NCBI GenBank assembly: GCA_040326155.1
Contig: JBEQLE010000042.1
Span: 15,526-37,383, forward strand
Origin: Leptospirales bacterium
Lineage (GTDB): Bacteria; Spirochaetota; Leptospiria; Turneriellales; JAOUFE01
Length of the DNA: 21,858 nucleotides
Reading direction: 5' to 3'
The notes below the pieces were generated by a model that worked only from the letters and a program-made list of their open reading frames with translations, ran no database searches and was not told the DNA's origin. Position numbers and translations under genes: made by a program. Of the stretch, positions 16,983 to 21,858 are shown piece after piece (position 1 is the first letter of the stretch; each line of letters begins with the position of its first letter).

Positions 16983-18185
16983 TTGAATAAACTGCAAGAT
17001 AGTGGAAAGTTTAAACTCATGTGGGATTATATTAAACAATTAATCGGTATTTACTCAGCCTTCTTTCATGGAGCGGCCGAAAACCGTGAATTTGTCAACG
17101 ATTATCAGTATCATAATTTTCATCGGATGAGAATTGTTTTTCCGATCGTTCTAATTATGACAACCATTTCTCTGGTTTATGCATTTCAAAATGGTCCGTC
17201 CTTAAGTTATTTGAGCCCGCTTCAATGGTTTGAAATTATTGTAAAATCGACCCTTGTATCACTGTTATTCATATACCATATTTTAGTCCACGTTAACCCT
17301 TTTCCTAAGCCGGAAAGAATGAAGCCGATGCATATTTTTTTAAACCGGTGGGGAATTCTGGTGGTTATGTTTTTATTCAGCTTAACTTCGGCAATAGAGG
17401 CTATAGAACATGGAACTATAACTATTTATATTGCCTGCATTTTAGTGGTATCCATGACGATTCAAATTCAAAATATTTTCAGTTTCCTGTTTTTCACAAT
17501 CAATCTGGTCGGGTTGGCGTTGACTGTTTATCTCTTTTCCGAAGAAAAGTCTGACGTTATTCGGTTTTTCTTGAGTGCTTCTGCTTTTACTATTATCGCC
17601 TGGATTATTTCTAGATTTCACTATTACCGAACGATGGATATTTTTACTAAAAATTTAATTATTCAAAAGCAAAAAAAGACCCTGGAACTACTTGCCTCTC
17701 GCGATACTCTGACCGGGGTATTAAACAGGGCAAAATTTGACAGAGTAGCAGAACAGGCGATTGAAATTGCCAATCGGTATAATCGGGAGCTCTCCCTTAT
17801 AATGCTCGACCTTGATCATTTTAAAAGTATAAACGATAATTATGGTCACAGTATGGGAGATGAAATTTTAATTATAATCTCTGGACTTCTTTCGGCTAGC
17901 CATCGAAGAAGCGACACTCTGTTTCGGTGGGGCGGAGAAGAGTTTATTATACTGGCTCCTGAAACCGGTAAAAAGACAGCGATTGAACTCTCCGAGCGAA
18001 TACTTAAAATTGTCGATGAACAGACCTATCCCAAAGAGATTCATATGACAATCAGCATTGGAGTCGGCGTTCACGAACCAGGCGACTCCGTCGATACTTT
18101 ATTAAACAAAGCCGACAAAGCGTTGTATGTAGCCAAAGACAAAGGACGCAACCGAATGGAAATTTACCAGGGTGATATTCTTTAA
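16983..18185 (+). CDS. Membrane-bound diguanylate cyclase
   Basis: About six N-terminal TM segments; DTLTGVLNR, DLDHFKSINDNYGH..GD, RRSD inhibitory site, intact RWGGEEF, ADKALY.AK..GRN. The start may be ATG 17019. Confidence 0.95.
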   Translation: MNKLQDSGKFKLMWDYIKQLIGIYSAFFHGAAENREFVNDYQYHNFHRMRIVFPIVLIMTTISLVYAFQNGPSLSYLSPLQWFEIIVKSTLVSLLFIYHILVHVNPFPKPERMKPMHIFLNRWGILVVMFLFSLTSAIEAIEHGTITIYIACILVVSMTIQIQNIFSFLFFTINLVGLALTVYLFSEEKSDVIRFFLSASAFTIIAWIISRFHYYRTMDIFTKNLIIQKQKKTLELLASRDTLTGVLNRAKFDRVAEQAIEIANRYNRELSLIMLDLDHFKSINDNYGHSMGDEILIIISGLLSASHRRSDTLFRWGGEEFIILAPETGKKTAIELSERILKIVDEQTYPKEIHMTISIGVGVHEPGDSVDTLLNKADKALYVAKDKGRNRMEIYQGDIL

Positions 18186-20836
18186 AGTTTTTTCAATTTA
18201 ATTGCATTACTAATTGCATAGGCCTTATTTACAATCTCTCGATTGGGTAAAGCAAGTCCCTCTTCGTGTTTTATCAATTCGTCATAATATTTCGAAACCT
18301 CGAACTTACTGGAAGCCAGAAATCGTTTTGGAAAATAAAAATTATCATTTCCTACTCGAATCGATGTAAAATTCTTAGAAAACTCTTTGGCATTCTGGTT
18401 GGCAAAAACGGCCAACGCACCCTCTTCCAGTTTTAAATAGTCCTCAAGATCTGCCCCTGTCATAGGAAACAAGTTTGAACCGGAAAATTTCTTTTTAGCT
18501 AAATACTTTTCGGTTAAATCTTTGGTGAGTGTCTGGGCGGTTTGTAATATACGCTGTTCGGGAGAGCCGGCTTTTGCCGCTTTCGGTTTTTGCCCTTTTT
18601 TTGATTTCTTCTCTTTTACAGGTTTTTTCTTTCTGCTGAATAGTTTACGTTTTGGTTTTTTATCATCTTTTGAATAACTCTCCAGGCTTGGTTTTGAAAA
18701 TACGGCAGACTCTTCTTGCTTCCCTTTAAAGGCTCCCTCTTTGCCAGATTTTCCGTCAGCTTTCGACGCGGTCCTTTTTTTCTCTGCCTCATCTCTCATT
18801 TTATCTTCGTATCGAACTTTATCCATATTGGATTCAGAGTAGGTTTTCGATTTAGCGCGGCAGTACTCTACCATATCTTTAGAGCCGTATAAAGTCCCTT
18901 CTTGTTCCATCTCTTCTCGAATGCTGTTATATATAATCGGGTAATCTTTTATATCTTTCGGGCAATACGTTTTACGGGTAAATTTTCGTCCCTGGCTGTC
19001 AGTTCCTGTAGGCAACGGACCATCATAGACATCTTCAATCAAAGAGGCATGCATAAATGGCTCAAGGTCAGCCATAACCGCCTCCTCCCCTTTTCCGGAA
19101 TATTGTGGAAACTCGGGATTATTTTTAATTTTACGAGCCGCAGTTCTCATTCGAGATTTATATTCAATTTCATTTATATGTTTCGCTGAAGGAGACGCGT
19201 CGGGGAAAACAAATTCCATTACGGTTTTTATCAGTTTTTGTTTTTCAGTCTCTTCTTTACTCTCTTTCGCTCCGCCCTGTTTTGCGCCTTCGGTTTCAGT
19301 TTTTATTCCTGATGCGATAAAAGATTCCAGTTTACTTTTACGATAGGCAAACCCCAGATTTTTTATTTCGCTTGTAAACGTTTTTTCAATGAACTTTTTC
19401 TTTCTAAAGAAAAGACTGCGCAGCAAATAAAGCAGGGGGTTTATAAATAAAAATACAACTTCTTTCTTTCTTTTATAAAGTTGCTGTTGATAAAAACTTT
19501 TTGCGCTTAAACCACTTTTGTTTAAGATCTCTTCTAGTATACTCAACTCAAAAAAGTTGGCAGTTTCAAGAACCCGTTTTACGGAATTAAGCTCAATAAT
19601 GCAATAATGGTCTTCTTCGAGACCCAGAGAAACACCTGTTTTGCGAATACCCAAAATTCCGTCTATGTCAAGAGCAGTGTCAAAAATTTCACTGGAATAA
19701 AACGTGGATGGTATAAACATTAACCACTGGCGACTTTTTATTCTACGCAATAAAAGTGCCAGCTTTTTTTTCTTCTCCGCTTCTTTCGTCTCTTTTTTCT
19801 GTCGTAGGATTTGTTCGGCAGTCTCTTTCATCAAGAAAACTTCAAGCGCGCATTGCCTGTACATATCATCTTGTCGATAGTGGTTTAACACAGTTTCAGC
19901 AATCGTTTTATACCCTTCCGGACTCTTATTCGTCTCAAACGCTTTAAGCGCCGTTCGTAAGGCATATACTGCGTTTTTTTTAAGACCGTTTTCTTCATAT
20001 GTTTTGTATATTTTCTTGGCTATATGTAATACCAGCTTGCTCATGTACTCATAACGGTAGAGAATATCTTTGGTATCGTTTAATAGTATTATTGGTTCAC
20101 TTTGAATTTCATCTTCTTCTAAAACCCTGGGTATCTCAAGGTAAAGAAGGTCATCTCTTCCTTTTAAATATGGATAAATACGATCTTGAAGAATACGGGT
20201 TGACTCGGAATTTTCATCCTGAGAATCGAATTTAAAAAAACCCTGAAAATAAATGTCTGCTTTAATTCCTTCTTTTATTGTTTTTGCTAAAAATTCTAGA
20301 TAGCTCTCTTTATCGGACCAGGGTAACGATATTGCCGCTTTATCGACTATATAAATAGCGCTCATTTCATCGCTTTTTTTTACAACTTTTTCAATATCGT
20401 CATCGCCTGCAATATATACCGGCTTTAAAGCCAGTTCACCTTCTTCAAATACCGCCGCATAATATTTTTTTATAAGTGGTAGATGAGCGGAAGCTGCATT
20501 GCTCAGGTAATCGAAAATATCATCAAGGTGGTCTATTTTTCTTTTTATTCTGACCAGCTCATTTTCCAGCTCTCTACGAGTCGGTAAATTATTGCGAAAA
20601 GAGCTTAAAAATGTATTTGTGCCTTTCGCCAGAAACTGGTACACAAATTGAATTCCCTGCAGGTTTTGCTTGGGGCTATATGCCTGGTCAAGAGGATCGA
20701 GATGTTGAAGTGCCTGTCTTTCGGTAACGAGTCGTTCTAACACAGGATCATCAGAATTCGCATTTACTTCATCAAAAGCAACTGTTGCGTCTTCATCTTC
20801 TTGTTTTTCATGCTCGGAAGTTGTATCGTCTGTCAA
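18182..20836 (-). CDS. Large hypothetical protein (884 aa)
   Basis: Long ORF, TTG start with GGAG SD; acidic N-terminus, predicted coiled coils, one hydrophobic/amphipathic segment and a Lys-rich linker. Confidence 0.88.
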   Translation of the reverse strand: MTDDTTSEHEKQEDEDATVAFDEVNANSDDPVLERLVTERQALQHLDPLDQAYSPKQNLQGIQFVYQFLAKGTNTFLSSFRNNLPTRRELENELVRIKRKIDHLDDIFDYLSNAASAHLPLIKKYYAAVFEEGELALKPVYIAGDDDIEKVVKKSDEMSAIYIVDKAAISLPWSDKESYLEFLAKTIKEGIKADIYFQGFFKFDSQDENSESTRILQDRIYPYLKGRDDLLYLEIPRVLEEDEIQSEPIILLNDTKDILYRYEYMSKLVLHIAKKIYKTYEENGLKKNAVYALRTALKAFETNKSPEGYKTIAETVLNHYRQDDMYRQCALEVFLMKETAEQILRQKKETKEAEKKKKLALLLRRIKSRQWLMFIPSTFYSSEIFDTALDIDGILGIRKTGVSLGLEEDHYCIIELNSVKRVLETANFFELSILEEILNKSGLSAKSFYQQQLYKRKKEVVFLFINPLLYLLRSLFFRKKKFIEKTFTSEIKNLGFAYRKSKLESFIASGIKTETEGAKQGGAKESKEETEKQKLIKTVMEFVFPDASPSAKHINEIEYKSRMRTAARKIKNNPEFPQYSGKGEEAVMADLEPFMHASLIEDVYDGPLPTGTDSQGRKFTRKTYCPKDIKDYPIIYNSIREEMEQEGTLYGSKDMVEYCRAKSKTYSESNMDKVRYEDKMRDEAEKKRTASKADGKSGKEGAFKGKQEESAVFSKPSLESYSKDDKKPKRKLFSRKKKPVKEKKSKKGQKPKAAKAGSPEQRILQTAQTLTKDLTEKYLAKKKFSGSNLFPMTGADLEDYLKLEEGALAVFANQNAKEFSKNFTSIRVGNDNFYFPKRFLASSKFEVSKYYDELIKHEEGLALPNREIVNKAYAISNAIKLKKL

Positions 20837-20935
20837 TTTTCTACTCCAGAACTTATAATAAATATATCATAATAGGTTGTCACTTCTAAAATTAAATAAG
20901 TATTCGTAGACAAATGGGTCAAGTCCTATTTCCGA

Positions 20936-21010
20936 CCAGGAACGCAAGGAAAAAGATTGATGAGGAAAGCAGGAAAACAGGAATCCACGAAGGCACAAAG
21001 CTCACGAAGG
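20936..21010 (+). repeat. Purine-rich short tandem repeats
   Basis: Repeated (C/A/G)AGGAA followed by three 9-nt-period CAC(G/A)AAG units (CCACGAAG-GCACAAAG-CTCACGAAG). Confidence 0.65.
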
Positions 21011-21030
21011 GAAAATGTTAATACTGCGAG

Positions 21031-21160
21031 TATCGAACGAAGCGAGAAAAATCCTACGAAGCGAGTTGGTAAAAACGACGTTTTTTACCAACAAAGTACT
21101 TTAAACGAATATCGAACGAAGCAGCATAAAAAAACCGCAGGATTTTTTTGTGAATTAAAG
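21031..21160 (+). repeat. R1 repeat cluster F
   Basis: Extra TATCGAACGAAGCGA at 21031, then unit 21051-21152 with hairpin 1 GTTGGTAAAAACG-A-CGTTTTTTACCAAC and hairpin 2 CATAAAAAAA-CCGCAGG-A-TTTTTTTGTG. Confidence 0.92.
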
Positions 21161-21238
21161 GGAAAAAGCGTTGCCTGAGCATTTATAGAATCAAATCTCG
21201 CTTAGACGTCTTAAAAAAAGTCAAAACCAGGAAAAATT

Positions 21239-21858
21239 ATGAAAGCGTATGTATTAAAAAAACACGGTCCAGCTGAAAGTTTGAAAATCAGTGAAATTGA
21301 AAAACCAGAACCGGGTCCGGGGCAGGTTCGGGTAAAGGTGAAAACCATCGGGTTAAACTACGCTGAAATTTTATCGAGAAAGGGAATCTACAATTGGTCA
21401 CCAAAACGTCCTTATACATTAGGTATGGAGTGCTATGGGGTGATCGATTCGGTGGGCGAAAACGTAAAACGTAAAGTCGGTGAAAAAGTAATTGCTGGTT
21501 CTCAGTTTGGATCATACGCCGAATATATCGTAGTCGACGAACATCTTGCTTTAAAAGCCATACCAGGCTTCAATGAAAACGAGCAGGCCGCCGTGTTGGT
21601 TAATTTTCTAACGGCTTATATCGCTCTTTTTGAACTGGCCCGAATACGCCCTTCCGACTCTGTTTTAATTACATCGGCTGCGGGTGGTGTTGGTAGCGCG
21701 GCCATAATGTTTGCCAAAGCCCTGGGGTGTAAAATCGCAGGAGCCTCCGGGGGAAAAGATAAAATAGTTCGCTCTGTTGGAGCCGATTTTTCAGTCGACT
21801 ACAGAAACGAGAATTGGAAAGAGAAACTGGGTGAAAAATTCCCCACCGGGTTTGATGT
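21239..21858 (+). CDS. MDR-family NADPH:quinone oxidoreductase / VAT-1-like protein (truncated by window end)
   Basis: Not in the ORF track because it has no stop in the window; translates MKAYVLKKHGPAESLKISEIEKPEPGPGQVRVKVKTIGLNYAE..LGMECYG..VNFLTAY..VLITSAAGGVG (NADPH-binding motif). Confidence 0.92.
   Translation, partial: MKAYVLKKHGPAESLKISEIEKPEPGPGQVRVKVKTIGLNYAEILSRKGIYNWSPKRPYTLGMECYGVIDSVGENVKRKVGEKVIAGSQFGSYAEYIVVDEHLALKAIPGFNENEQAAVLVNFLTAYIALFELARIRPSDSVLITSAAGGVGSAAIMFAKALGCKIAGASGGKDKIVRSVGADFSVDYRNENWKEKLGEKFPTGFD

Noticed and set aside
5583..21515. Short alternate-frame or antisense ORFs overlapping rpoD, slyD, MFS, nfo, DGC, the 884-aa gene and the oxidoreductase (likewise those in flaB and argD)
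   Set aside because: They are shadow ORFs of well-supported genes with no recognisable motifs.

Overview
AT-rich bacterial chromosomal window, most likely from a Leptospirales-like spirochaete, judged from the ~282-aa FlaB-type flagellin, Leptospira-like RpoD and CheX-like protein. Recognisable genes are flagellin, a hicAB toxin-antitoxin pair, argD, rpoD, slyD, an MFS transporter, nfo, an intact membrane diguanylate cyclase, a GAF plus degenerate-GGDEF membrane protein coupled to a CheX-like gene, two orphan HicB-like genes, an outer-membrane beta-barrel, several hypotheticals and a truncated MDR-family quinone oxidoreductase. The most striking feature is non-coding: a ~100-nt structured element (R1) occurs about 11-12 times in six intergenic clusters, always on the + strand. 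It has conserved linkers and two hairpins whose arms differ between copies yet stay complementary, and the second hairpin is capped by an invariant CC-GNA-GG loop showing all four N. R1 clusters are mosaics with other palindromic repeat families (R2, a GTAG-type REP-like insert, purine-rich short repeats) and often sit directly upstream of Hic-family genes. No transposase or other mobilising enzyme is encoded in the window.
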